Shown: piece after piece, positions 10,695 through 20,041 of the stretch
How the letters are laid out: each line of letters begins with the position of its first letter
How positions within the stretch are numbered: position 1 is the stretch's first letter
Source of the DNA: Halodesulfurarchaeum sp.
GTDB taxonomy: Archaea; Halobacteriota; Halobacteria; Halobacteriales; Halobacteriaceae
Direction: 5' to 3'
DNA length: 64,000 bases
NCBI GenBank assembly: GCA_034520565.1
Contig: JAXHNL010000002.1
Location: 448,001 to 512,000 of the forward strand
Notes under the pieces: generated by a model
Database searches by the model: none
What the model saw: only the letters and a program-made list of their open reading frames with translations
Told to the model about the DNA's origin: nothing
Made by a program: the position numbers and the translations under genes

Positions 10695-10885
10695 CACTCC
10701 GAGTCCTCCGTCTCCGCGGCTTCCAGGCGGTCGTGTCTGGCGTCGATCTCGTCGAGCAGGTCGAGGGTCTTTCGGATCGAAGCGCGAATGGCATCACTCC
10801 GGTTGACGAACTTGCCGTCGTCGCCGACATGCTCGTCGAGGTCCGCGAGGAGTTCGGCCGGGATCTCGACGCTAACCTTCGGCAT
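10694..10885 (-). CDS. Ribbon-helix-helix (CopG/Arc/MetJ) regulator
   Basis: MPKVSVEIPAELLADLD...NRSDAIRASIR; TGATG coupling to the transporter. Confidence 0.88.
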   Translation of the reverse strand: MPKVSVEIPAELLADLDEHVGDDGKFVNRSDAIRASIRKTLDLLDEIDARHDRLEAAETEDSE

Positions 10886-11053
10886 CGTGAACCCCCCGTC
10901 CGGGAATCCGCTGACGTCGATCGTCGTTTGATGCTCTCATGGTATTCTCAGAGGAATATCGTTCACGCGGGGGAAAAGCGCATCGCTCCACGACGAGGGA
11001 CGGGTTCCCAGCTCCAACCAGGGTCCGAACACCGCATTCACCGTCGAGGTCGG

Positions 11054-11617
11054 TCAGACCACGAGAAGCGCGCCCTCGATCAGCCCGATCGTGATCAAGA
11101 GGCGACCGACGCTCCCGGCGAAGGCCGCCGCGGCGAACTTCCGATACCCGCTGCCGATCACCGAGAAGGCATAGATCGAGGCGGTATCGGGGAAGAAGGG
11201 GATACTGAGGCCAACGGCCATCCCGAGGTATCCCCAGCGTTTGCTGATCCGGACGAGCGTTCGCTGGGACCACTTCATCGGCTTGAACCCGAAGTACCTG
11301 AGCGCCCGGATGACCGGCCCCGAATGTGCGGCGTTGTGCCCGACCGCCAGGGCGATCACGCTTCCAACCGCCTTGCCCACCCCGCTCACGAGGATGACCA
11401 GCCCGATTTGTGCCTCGTGGGGAAGTGGGGCAAGCGCCAGCGTGTTGGTCGGACAAACGAAACCCACCGGACAGAGCACCACTTCGCTCGGCAACGGCAA
11501 AACAAAGGCGATCAGAAACGAGTAGACGAAAATCAGACCCAGCCCGCTCCACCCCGACGCGACGGCTACTGCCGTTTCGAATCCCTCGATACCCACGTCA
11601 ACGAGGGCGGCGAACAT
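11054..11617 (-). CDS. DedA/VTT (YqaA-like) membrane protein
   Basis: FVLPLPSEVVL and SIPFFPDT...YAF motifs, hydrophobic segments. Confidence 0.75.
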   Translation of the reverse strand: MFAALVDVGIEGFETAVAVASGWSGLGLIFVYSFLIAFVLPLPSEVVLCPVGFVCPTNTLALAPLPHEAQIGLVILVSGVGKAVGSVIALAVGHNAAHSGPVIRALRYFGFKPMKWSQRTLVRISKRWGYLGMAVGLSIPFFPDTASIYAFSVIGSGYRKFAAAAFAGSVGRLLITIGLIEGALLVV

Positions 11618-11787
11618 CGTCCGTTGGTCACGTCCCCGGGACAAAACCGTGCCGATCGTTCCCAGCCGATCAGGGTCGTCGAATCGAGAACTGGATGGGT
11701 GGATACTCGCTCGAACAAGGGACTTCGTGCCAGCGACGGAGAGCGTGAATGCGAGAAATGGAGAAATCGGGCCGGCGGTGATCTAGG

Positions 11788-11843
11788 CGAATCGGATCGG
11801 TGGCAGGTGACCGAATCGGATCGGTGGCAGGTGGCCGAATCGG
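11788..11843. repeat. Intergenic 24-bp tandem repeat (about 2.3 copies)
   Basis: CGAATCGGATCGGTGGCAGGTG(A/G)C twice, then CGAATCGG. Confidence 0.85.
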
Positions 11844-11910
11844 GCGGCGGCTGATGGGCGAGTCGAATCAGCGTCAGGTTGTCGAATTGGGCGGCTGATG
11901 GCCGAACGGG

Positions 11911-14157
11911 TTACCGCACATCCGCCGCCGTCGACTGCGTCCCCCGTCTGCCGCCCAGCGTCACCACCCAGAGCACCCCCAGCCCGAGGAGGTAGGCAAG
12001 CGAGGTGGGAATCGCGAGCAGGAACATCGTCCAGATGCTGCTCGAGGAGAAGAACGTCGAGAACACGAAGATGACGAGGACCACCCCCCGCCAACTCTTC
12101 CGCATGCGCTCGTAACTCACGATCCCGCCCCGGTGGAACAGCCACATCGAGATGGGGATGTCGGCGAGCAGGCCCACCCCAGCGGTCGTGAAAAACACCA
12201 TCCAGAAGAAGTTGTTCACCCGGTAGGCGACCACCATTCCGGCTTTGAGGGCGTCCGCGACGAGATAGGAGATGATCGGCGGGGCGACGTAGAGATACCC
12301 CACGATGCTCCCGGCGAGCACTCCAACGATGATCGAAATGCCCCAGAACGAGACGGCCCGGCGGTTGCCCCTGATAAGCCCTCGCTGTTCCAGGGCCGGC
12401 CAGGCGTAGTAGAAGAGGACCGGGAGGGTCACGATACCGGCGATGACCATCGAGATCTTCACCTCGAAGACCAGCGCCTCGACGGGATGGAGCGTGATCG
12501 GCCACTGGATCAACTCGGGGTCCGGCCGCACTTCCGGCGGGATCCGCGAAATGAAGTCCGCCCGGATCGTCCCGATGCCGCCCCGGTAGAGGAACATGAA
12601 GAGCCCGGCCATGACGACCATGAAAATGGCGACGAGGTGGAACGCCCGGGAACGCAAGCTGTCCAGGATAAAGGCGATATCGTGGTAGTAGCCGCCGATG
12701 TCCTCCTCGGTTGTTTCCTCCTCGGTGAAAGCGTTGAAGATGCCCATCCCGGCGTCGGACATGGCCCCACCGACGTTGGCACCCCCGCCCGGCAGCTCCT
12801 CCGGGGCGTCGTCGAACCGCTCGAAGATCGCCTCCGCCTTGTCGGGATCGCCCTCGTCCATGGCCTGCTGGGCCGCCTCGAGGGCGTCCTCCTCGTCCAT
12901 CGCGGCGAAGACCTCCTCGGGCATCGCCTGGACCCCCGAGGCTCCGTGAACCGACTCGATCGATGGCGCATTTTTGAGTGTCTCGTGGGCCATTTCGGCT
13001 TCCGACTCCGAGTCGGCCGCTGGCTGGTCGGTGTCGGCGGCCGCGGCGGCCGGCTGCTCCTTCGGCGGAAGCCCACCCGCCGGCTGGGCCTTCATCGTCG
13101 CCCGGTAAAGCACGATCAGCGTGCCAAACGTCCCAAAGACGAGCGCCGCGCCGAGCATGGCCACTGCGAGTGGGAGGACCCCCGGAAATCCCAGTACCTC
13201 CTCGATGGGGAGCAGCGGTGCCGGTCGAACCGCCGCCGGAAGGGCCGGCCGGATCGTGGCGTTGTACAGGGACAACCCCCCGGCGGCGTACAGCCAGTAG
13301 GCGAGTGCCGCACCGATCACCGACGTCCCGGCCACCCGGTGCAGTCGGCGGCGAAGCGCCTCGAAGAAGTCGAGTTTGCGTCGCCCGCGTTTCCCCGCGG
13401 TGACGATCTTCGAGAGGTAGAGACTGAACCCGTACAGCGCCAGAAGCGGGAACGCCCACATCAACTGAGTGAACGGGTCAGGCGGGGAGAACATCGCACC
13501 GAAGCTGAAAATCGCAATGACGGCGTACTTCCACTTGTCCCTGAAGGTCTCGTAGGGAACGATTTCCGCATAGGAGAGGGCCGTCATCAAAAGTGGGAGC
13601 TGGGCGGCGAGTGCGAAGGAGAGGGCAAGCACCAGGATGAACTCGGTCCAGTGAACGATGGAGTAAAGCGGTGCCAGTCCGGCCCCGAGGGCGTTGCCCG
13701 CAAGAAACGTGAACATGATCGGGAAGAAGAGGAAGTAGGCATAGATCACCCCGACCGTCGAAAGTGCGACGGCGAGGAGGGCAACGATCGCCAACTTCCA
13801 TTTGGAAACGGAGATATCCGGGACGAGATCGCGTTCGGCGAGCGGTCGTTTGGCGTAGTACGCAAGGACCGGTAGTGCCGCAATGACCCCGGTCGCGAGG
13901 CCGATTTTCACCTGGAGGAGGATGACGTCGAAGGGGGTCTGGGCGATGACGCTTGCCCCACGGGCGAGTAGATCGGCCTTGAGCGTGGGCCAGATCCACA
14001 CCCGCATGGCAATGACGCCGGCGAAAAGCCCCAGGACGAACGCGACGAAGACGACCTTGAGCCGCTGTTGGGTCGTTTTGAGCACGACCCCGAGGGTTTG
14101 CCGCCCGCTCTCGAGCTGGCGAGCGGTATCCTCGTCTATCGGCCCCGGGGCACTCAT
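11911..14157 (-). CDS. tatC: Twin-arginine translocase TatC, long double-domain form (TatCt-like)
   Basis: Two TatC-like hydrophobic halves (QTPFDVILLQVK/SPPDPFTQ and LHPVEALVFEVK) joined by an acidic linker. Confidence 0.88.
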   Translation of the reverse strand: MSAPGPIDEDTARQLESGRQTLGVVLKTTQQRLKVVFVAFVLGLFAGVIAMRVWIWPTLKADLLARGASVIAQTPFDVILLQVKIGLATGVIAALPVLAYYAKRPLAERDLVPDISVSKWKLAIVALLAVALSTVGVIYAYFLFFPIMFTFLAGNALGAGLAPLYSIVHWTEFILVLALSFALAAQLPLLMTALSYAEIVPYETFRDKWKYAVIAIFSFGAMFSPPDPFTQLMWAFPLLALYGFSLYLSKIVTAGKRGRRKLDFFEALRRRLHRVAGTSVIGAALAYWLYAAGGLSLYNATIRPALPAAVRPAPLLPIEEVLGFPGVLPLAVAMLGAALVFGTFGTLIVLYRATMKAQPAGGLPPKEQPAAAAADTDQPAADSESEAEMAHETLKNAPSIESVHGASGVQAMPEEVFAAMDEEDALEAAQQAMDEGDPDKAEAIFERFDDAPEELPGGGANVGGAMSDAGMGIFNAFTEEETTEEDIGGYYHDIAFILDSLRSRAFHLVAIFMVVMAGLFMFLYRGGIGTIRADFISRIPPEVRPDPELIQWPITLHPVEALVFEVKISMVIAGIVTLPVLFYYAWPALEQRGLIRGNRRAVSFWGISIIVGVLAGSIVGYLYVAPPIISYLVADALKAGMVVAYRVNNFFWMVFFTTAGVGLLADIPISMWLFHRGGIVSYERMRKSWRGVVLVIFVFSTFFSSSSIWTMFLLAIPTSLAYLLGLGVLWVVTLGGRRGTQSTAADVR

Positions 14158-14254
14158 CGTGTAGGGGCTATCCGAGTCCCGACTATCAATCTTCTTCTCT
14201 CGGCTGGCGTACAAACGAAAAGGCCCATAACGACCCCGTTTCCTATCCCCGGCT

Positions 14255-15514
14255 ATGTCGCGGGATCCGGGCGAGAGCCCGGACGAGGACGGGGAGCCGG
14301 CCGACCAGCCCGCAGAGCGGTCGCCGGACCCGGACCCGCAAGCCCCGGATTCGGACGACAGCGAGGCCGAATCCGACGACGGACCGACGATTCACCGGCT
14401 CGACGGTGACGGGGACGAAACAGCCGGGCGGGAGACACCCGAAAGCGCGGAGACGAACGACGAGCCCGAAGACAGTGGCGAAAGCGCAGGCGAAGTCGAG
14501 GACGAAGCGGACGGAGACGAAGCGGACGAGGGAGAGAGCGATGGCAAAGCGGTCGACGGTGAAGACGACCCCGCCGGCGAGGGCGATGGTGAAGGCAAGG
14601 AGGGTAATGGTGAAGCCGACGATGCCGGCGGGAGCGATACTGAAGATGAGGAGACCGGTAACGGGGCCGAAGAGTCCGAGGGCGAGGACGAAGTCGACGG
14701 TGAGGATGAGGACGATGACGAAACCGACAGTGGGGACGAGGAGGAAACGGCGTCGGAGACGGCCACCACGCCCATCGAGCGCAAGACCGGGCCACCCGAG
14801 GACGAAGAGCAGCCGCTGACCGAACACATCGAGGAGATGGTCAAGCGGGTGGCGGTGGTTCTCGTGATCGCCGGGCTCGTCAGCCTGATCGCGTTCCCGT
14901 ACGGCGAGGAGTTCATCAACTTCCTCTGGTACTCCGTGCTGCCGAGTGACATCTCGAAGCCACACGTCTACCACCCACTCGAACTCATCGTTACCCAGCT
15001 GAAAGCGGCGAGTCTACTGGGCGTGGTGCTTGCGCTGCCGGTCTTCGTCTACCAGACCTACGCGTTCATGCGACCGGGCCTCTACCCCCACGAACGGCGC
15101 TACTACCTCGCGGCGGTGCCGACCAGCCTCGTGCTGGCATTCGTCGGGTTGCTTTTTGGCTACTTCCTCGTCCTGCCGGTGGTGATGAGCTACTTCATGC
15201 AGTACTCCCGGGACGTCGTCGACATCGCCTTCGCGCTCGGGGACACGTTCACGCTCATGCTCGTGCTGCTGGGCTTTCTCGCGGTCGTCTTCCAGATTCC
15301 GCTGTTCATCATGCTCGCGATCATGATGGGGCTCACCACCCGCACCTGGCTCGAGGAGAAGCGGCTGATCATGTGGGGGGTCTTCCTGGGGATCGCCTTC
15401 CTGTTCAGCCCGGATCCGACCGGGATGGCCCCCTTCCTCGTCGCCCTGACGATGGTCGGGCTCTACGAGGGGACACTCCTCATGCTCCGGTGGACGGGTC
15501 GCGGGGCGCGGTAA
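14255..15514 (+). CDS. tatC: Twin-arginine translocase TatC (TatCo-like) with long acidic N-terminal extension
   Basis: PLTEHIEEM, FMRPGLYPHER and FSPDPTGM motifs. Confidence 0.9.
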   Translation: MSRDPGESPDEDGEPADQPAERSPDPDPQAPDSDDSEAESDDGPTIHRLDGDGDETAGRETPESAETNDEPEDSGESAGEVEDEADGDEADEGESDGKAVDGEDDPAGEGDGEGKEGNGEADDAGGSDTEDEETGNGAEESEGEDEVDGEDEDDDETDSGDEEETASETATTPIERKTGPPEDEEQPLTEHIEEMVKRVAVVLVIAGLVSLIAFPYGEEFINFLWYSVLPSDISKPHVYHPLELIVTQLKAASLLGVVLALPVFVYQTYAFMRPGLYPHERRYYLAAVPTSLVLAFVGLLFGYFLVLPVVMSYFMQYSRDVVDIAFALGDTFTLMLVLLGFLAVVFQIPLFIMLAIMMGLTTRTWLEEKRLIMWGVFLGIAFLFSPDPTGMAPFLVALTMVGLYEGTLLMLRWTGRGAR

Positions 15515-15579
15515 TGCCCAGGTCGCGGGGCGAGATAATGCCCCAATCGTTTAGCCCCTCGGGGTGAAGAGTGGAATCG

Positions 15580-17565
15580 ATGGATATCGACGCGATCCCC
15601 GGCGTCGGGCCGAAGACCCGGGAGGCACTGGCGACCCTCGAGGACCCGGAAGACGCCCTCGAACGGGGGGACGTCGCCACGATCGCGTCCGCACCGGGCA
15701 TCTCACAGGGGCGGGCCGTCCGGATCGTCCGGAACGCGATCCGACATCGCCACGACGACCCCGGCGGGTTTCTGGCAACCGACCGGGCCGAAGCGGTGTA
15801 CGACGGGTTGCTCTCGGAACTGGCGGCCCGGACGGTCACGGACTACGGCCGCCATCGGGTCGAGACGTTCTATCCCAGCGCGGTCGAGGACCGAATCGAG
15901 GAGACCCGTGCCGTCGCCACCCGGGCGATGGAGCGGGAGATCGACGACGCCGTCCTCGATGCCCTCGTGGACGTCAAACCGCTCACCGACCCGGGTGATC
16001 TCCGGGTTCGAGACCGGTGTCTGGCGACCGCCGACGCCGAGACGTACAGCCGGGCCCGGGAGGCGTTTTCGGAGGTGAGCGTCGAACTGGTCGAAGACGC
16101 ACGGGGCCTTGCGGACCTTGCCAGGGGCTACGCGACCGTCATCGCCCTCGACGAGGAGTTCGCGGGCCTCGACGTCGAGGGTGACGTGCAGATCGAGCCG
16201 ACGGCGCTCGAGAACCCAATCGAGGTGGTGCCCGAGCGGGTACTGGCCTTCTACGGCCGGAACCGGGACTCGATTCGCGCCGCGGCCGCGGTCCACCAGC
16301 GAGCGGGTCTCGAGACCGAACTCGACCTCGAGGTGCTCCTCGCCGCGCTCGACCGGATCGACGGGGAGGGATCGGTCACGAGTGACGACGAACTCACCCG
16401 ACTCACCGAAGCCGTCTCGAACCTCGATGCGGCGGTTTCGACCGCCGAATCCCGTGCCAACGACCGTCTCACCGAGGCCATCTCCGAGACGGACGTGACC
16501 GTCGACGGGGCCGACCTGCTCTCGCTGGCAGAGCAGGGTGCGGGGGTCGACTCGATCCTCGCCCGAGAGCTGGCGGCCGAATACGACGCCGCGATCGGGG
16601 CAGCCCGGACGCACCTCGAAGAGACCCTCGAACTCGACGACGAAGAGCGAGCGATCGTGGACCGGCTCTTCCCGGAGGAACCAACGTTTCCCGTCGAGCG
16701 GAACGACGAGGCACGCGCCCGGCTCGAGGAAGAGCTCTCGACCGCCCGGGACCGCCGGGCCGGACAGGTCAAGCAGGAGGTCGCCAGGGAACTCGCCGGC
16801 CGGCGCGAGACAGTCACCAAGCTGGTCCATCGGGCGCTCGAGCTGGACGTCGAGGCGGCCATCGCCCGGTTCGCGGCCGATTTCGATTGCGTCCTGGCCG
16901 AGCGGGAGGGGCGCGGGTTCGACATCGAAGGGGGACGCTCGCCCTTGCTCGACGAGCCCCCGGAGGCCGTCGAACCGGTCGATTACGCCGTCAGCGGGGT
17001 GGCCCTCCTCTCGGGGGTGAACTCCGGAGGGAAGACCACGACCCTCGACATGATCGCCTCGATCACGATTCTCGCCCACATGGGCCTCCCGGTCCCGGCC
17101 GAATCGGCGCGGGTGCCAGCCGTCGAGGAGCTCCATTACCACGCGAAATCGAGCGGGACGCTCGACGCGGGCGCGCTCGAAACGACGGTCCGGGACTTCG
17201 CCTCCCTCGCCGCCGGGGACGCGACCAAACTCGTCCTGGTCGACGAACTCGAGAGCATCACCGAGCCGGGGGCCTCGGCAAAAATCATCGCCGGCATCGT
17301 CGAGGCCCTCCAGGAGGCGGGCGCGACCGCGGTCATCGTCTCCCACCTCGCCGACGGGATCCGCGAGGCCTGTTCGACCGACGTAACCGTCGACGGGATT
17401 CGGGCCCTCGGCCTCGAGGACGGCGAGTTGCGCGTGGAGCGCTCGCCGGTGAAAAATCACCTGGCCAGATCGACCCCGGAGCTCATCGTCGAGAAGCTCG
17501 CCGGGGAGGCCCAGTCCGACAGCGACGAACGGTCGTTTTACCGACAACTGCTGGAGAAGTTCTGA
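15580..17565 (+). CDS. MutS-related ATPase with N-terminal helix-hairpin-helix (haloarchaeal MutS5-like)
   Basis: IPGVGPKT HhH, SGVNSGGKTT Walker A, LVLVDELESITEP, IVSHL; no mismatch-binding domain I. Confidence 0.85.
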   Translation: MDIDAIPGVGPKTREALATLEDPEDALERGDVATIASAPGISQGRAVRIVRNAIRHRHDDPGGFLATDRAEAVYDGLLSELAARTVTDYGRHRVETFYPSAVEDRIEETRAVATRAMEREIDDAVLDALVDVKPLTDPGDLRVRDRCLATADAETYSRAREAFSEVSVELVEDARGLADLARGYATVIALDEEFAGLDVEGDVQIEPTALENPIEVVPERVLAFYGRNRDSIRAAAAVHQRAGLETELDLEVLLAALDRIDGEGSVTSDDELTRLTEAVSNLDAAVSTAESRANDRLTEAISETDVTVDGADLLSLAEQGAGVDSILARELAAEYDAAIGAARTHLEETLELDDEERAIVDRLFPEEPTFPVERNDEARARLEEELSTARDRRAGQVKQEVARELAGRRETVTKLVHRALELDVEAAIARFAADFDCVLAEREGRGFDIEGGRSPLLDEPPEAVEPVDYAVSGVALLSGVNSGGKTTTLDMIASITILAHMGLPVPAESARVPAVEELHYHAKSSGTLDAGALETTVRDFASLAAGDATKLVLVDELESITEPGASAKIIAGIVEALQEAGATAVIVSHLADGIREACSTDVTVDGIRALGLEDGELRVERSPVKNHLARSTPELIVEKLAGEAQSDSDERSFYRQLLEKF

Positions 17566-17675
17566 GCGAGCCGGTCTCTTCGGGGCCCGTCGTCCCCCGG
17601 AGAACTGCACCGAACCGTCGTTGGGAGCGATGCTGGCGGGAAGGGTTAAGTGCTCGTGGTGGCTCGGTTTCCATC

Positions 17676-18794
17676 ATGGCCGACGAGGACATGCTCTCCT
17701 GGGACGAGTCGATCTTCCGGGACGAGCACGTCTTCGAAATCGACTACGTTCCGGAGGTCTTCGACCACCGGGACACCCAACTCGAAACGCTCACCCACGC
17801 GCTCCGCCCGGCGACCCGGGGGGCCCGCCCGCTCAACCTCATGGCGACCGGGCCGCCGGGAACCGGGAAGACGACGGCGATCCAGAAGGTCTTCGGCGAG
17901 CTGGACTCCCAGCCGGGCGTCCGGGCGGTGCGGGTGAACTGCCAGGTCGATTCGACCCGGTATGCGGTCTTCTCGCGGATCTTCAAGGCCCTCTTCGAGT
18001 ACGAGCCGCCGGCCTCGGGCATCTCCTTCAAGAAGCTCTTCGGCCAGATCGCCGAGAAGCTCACCGAGGAGGAGACCGTCCTCGTGGTCGCGCTCGACGA
18101 CGTGAACTACCTCTTCTACGAGAACGAGGTCTCGGAAACGCTGTACTCCCTGCTGCGTGCCCACGAGGCCCATCCGGGGACGAAAATCGGGGTCATCCTC
18201 GTCTCCTCGGACCTCGACCTCGATCTCATCGAGGGGCTGGACAGCCGGGTCCAGAGCGTGTTCCGGCCCGAGGAGGCATACTTCCCGGTGTATGACACGA
18301 CCGAGATCGTCGACATCCTCCGGCACCGAATCGAGGTCGGGTTCCGGCCGGACGTGGTGCCCCCCGAGGTGCTCGATCGGGTGGCCGAACTGACCGCCGA
18401 AACCGGCGACCTCCGGGTGGGAATCGACCTGCTCCGGCGAGCCGGTCTGAACGCGGAGCGCCGGGCCTCCCGCACGATCGAACTCCAGGACGTCTCGAAG
18501 GCCTACGACTCGGCCCGCCACGTCCACCTCGAGCGGCACCTGCAGGGCCTCACCGATCCCGAGCAAACGCTCCTGACGGTCATCGCGAAGACCGACGCCG
18601 AACAGGCCGGCGCGGTCTACGAGTCCTTCCACGAGGAGACCGACCTCGGGTACACCCGCTACACGGAGGTCGTCAACAAACTCGACGATCTGGGGCTGAT
18701 CGAAGCCGAGTACGAGAGTCTCGAAGGACGGGGCCGCTCGAGATCGCTCAGCCTGGCCTACGACGAGGGAGCGGTCCTCGACCTCCTCGAATAG
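17676..18794 (+). CDS. cdc6: Orc1/Cdc6 replication initiator-family AAA+ protein
   Basis: DYVPEVFDHRD, GPPGTGKTT, VALDDV, GDLRVGIDLLRRAG; winged-helix GRGR end. Confidence 0.93.
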   Translation: MADEDMLSWDESIFRDEHVFEIDYVPEVFDHRDTQLETLTHALRPATRGARPLNLMATGPPGTGKTTAIQKVFGELDSQPGVRAVRVNCQVDSTRYAVFSRIFKALFEYEPPASGISFKKLFGQIAEKLTEEETVLVVALDDVNYLFYENEVSETLYSLLRAHEAHPGTKIGVILVSSDLDLDLIEGLDSRVQSVFRPEEAYFPVYDTTEIVDILRHRIEVGFRPDVVPPEVLDRVAELTAETGDLRVGIDLLRRAGLNAERRASRTIELQDVSKAYDSARHVHLERHLQGLTDPEQTLLTVIAKTDAEQAGAVYESFHEETDLGYTRYTEVVNKLDDLGLIEAEYESLEGRGRSRSLSLAYDEGAVLDLLE

Positions 18795-18847
18795 CAGTCC
18801 CATCCGGCGAACAGCACTGTTTTCCCCGCGGCGGGACTGTTTCCGGT

Positions 18848-19363
18848 ATGGGAGACCTGACTGCGACCCTGCACACGAACAAGGGCGACATCGAGATCGA
18901 CCTCTACGACGAGCGAAAGCCCCGCACGGTCGAGAACTTCATCGGCCTCGCAACCGGCGAAACGACCTGGACCGACCCCGAAACCGAGGAGACCGTCGAG
19001 GACGAGCCCCTCTACGACGACGTCCCCTTCCACCGGGTGATCGGCGACTTCATGATCCAGACCGGCGATCCGACCGGGACCGGCAAGGGCGGTCCGGGCT
19101 ACACCTTCGACGACGAGTTCCACGACGACCTGTCCCACGATTCCGCCGGCGTCGTCTCGATGGCAAACAGGGGCCCGAACACGAACGGCTCGCAGTTCTT
19201 CATCACGCTCGACGCCCAGCCCCACCTCGACGGCAAGCACGCGATTTTCGGCGAAGTCATCGACGGGATGGACGTCGTCGAGAAAATCGGGAGCGTGAAG
19301 ACCGACCGGCAGGACCAGCCGAAAGCAGACGTGATTCTCGAATCGGTCACGATCGAGGACTGA
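18848..19363 (+). CDS. ppiA: Cyclophilin-type peptidyl-prolyl isomerase
   Basis: FHRVIGDFMIQTGDP, SMANRGPNTNGSQFFIT, HLDGKHAIFG. Confidence 0.96.
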   Translation: MGDLTATLHTNKGDIEIDLYDERKPRTVENFIGLATGETTWTDPETEETVEDEPLYDDVPFHRVIGDFMIQTGDPTGTGKGGPGYTFDDEFHDDLSHDSAGVVSMANRGPNTNGSQFFITLDAQPHLDGKHAIFGEVIDGMDVVEKIGSVKTDRQDQPKADVILESVTIED

Positions 19364-19428
19364 GCCACCTGCCGGCGGATCGTTCGAGTCGAAAAGGCTT
19401 ACCGGATCGTCGTCCAATCACCGACTGC

Positions 19429-19511
19429 GCGAGGGTAGCCAAGCGGCCAACGGCGGTGGGCTTAAGACCCGCTCTCGCAGGAGTCCATGGGTTCGAATCC
19501 CATCCCTCGCA
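19429..19511 (+). tRNA. tRNA-Leu(TAA), CCA not encoded
   Basis: Acceptor GCGAGGG/CCCTCGC+A, D-arm TAGCCAAGCGGCCAACGGC, anticodon loop CT-TAA-GA, long variable arm, T-arm ATGGG-TTCGAAT-CCCAT. Confidence 0.95.
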
Positions 19512-19512
19512 T

Positions 19513-19562
19513 CCCCACTTTTTCCGAGCGGAAGCAGCGCATCCGCTCGGAAAAACGTGGGG
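19513..19562. repeat. Long inverted repeat immediately after tRNA-Leu (terminator or miniature repeat element)
   Basis: CCCCACTTTTTCCGAGCGGA...TCCGCTCGGAAAAA(C)GTGGGG, a 20-bp stem with one bulge. Confidence 0.8.
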
Positions 19563-19635
19563 AAAAAGACCGCTAGCGGTTGGATAATTGAGCGAGACCT
19601 CGATCGCGAACGGGGAACGAAGTAAGCCGTGAGTG

Positions 19636-19738
19636 GCGAGACGAACGGAGAGAGTCTCGGAAAAGATGAGCGGTGCAACCGCGAATCAAGCGAGACGACC
19701 GAAGGGAGTCTCGAAATTGGCGAGCGGTGCAACCGCGA
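19636..19738. repeat. Imperfect 54-bp tandem duplication with internal hairpins
   Basis: GCGAGACGA...GAGTCTCG...GAGCGGTGCAACCGCGA at 19636 and 19690. Confidence 0.8.
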
Positions 19739-20041
19739 GCACCCACTTTTTCCGCGGGACTGCAAGCCAGCCTCCACTCACGGCGGCTTTATCGCCGTTT
19801 ACTGTTGGTTCCACCACAGGCAAAATAAATGGGTTATACTCATAAGGTCGTAACAGATGCTGTCACGGCCCTTCTATCCATCCGGACGGGCGTCGCAATA
19901 TGTGCCGACGAGCGAGCCAAAGTAACAGAATCGGTTCGACCGCTCTGCCGGAACCACCCAACCGTTTGGATGCCCGTCGATTCAAGGAACCCGGGTGAAA
20001 TCACTCACCCGGTTCTATTGCACCTTCGAACGAGACCACCA

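Noticed and set aside
14255-14800. Long D/E-rich low-complexity stretch as a separate repeat element
   Set aside because: It is the in-frame acidic N-terminal extension of TatC.
17566-18847. Replication origin next to orc1/cdc6
   Set aside because: The flanking gaps are short and GC-rich, with no ORB repeats or AT-rich unwinding element.
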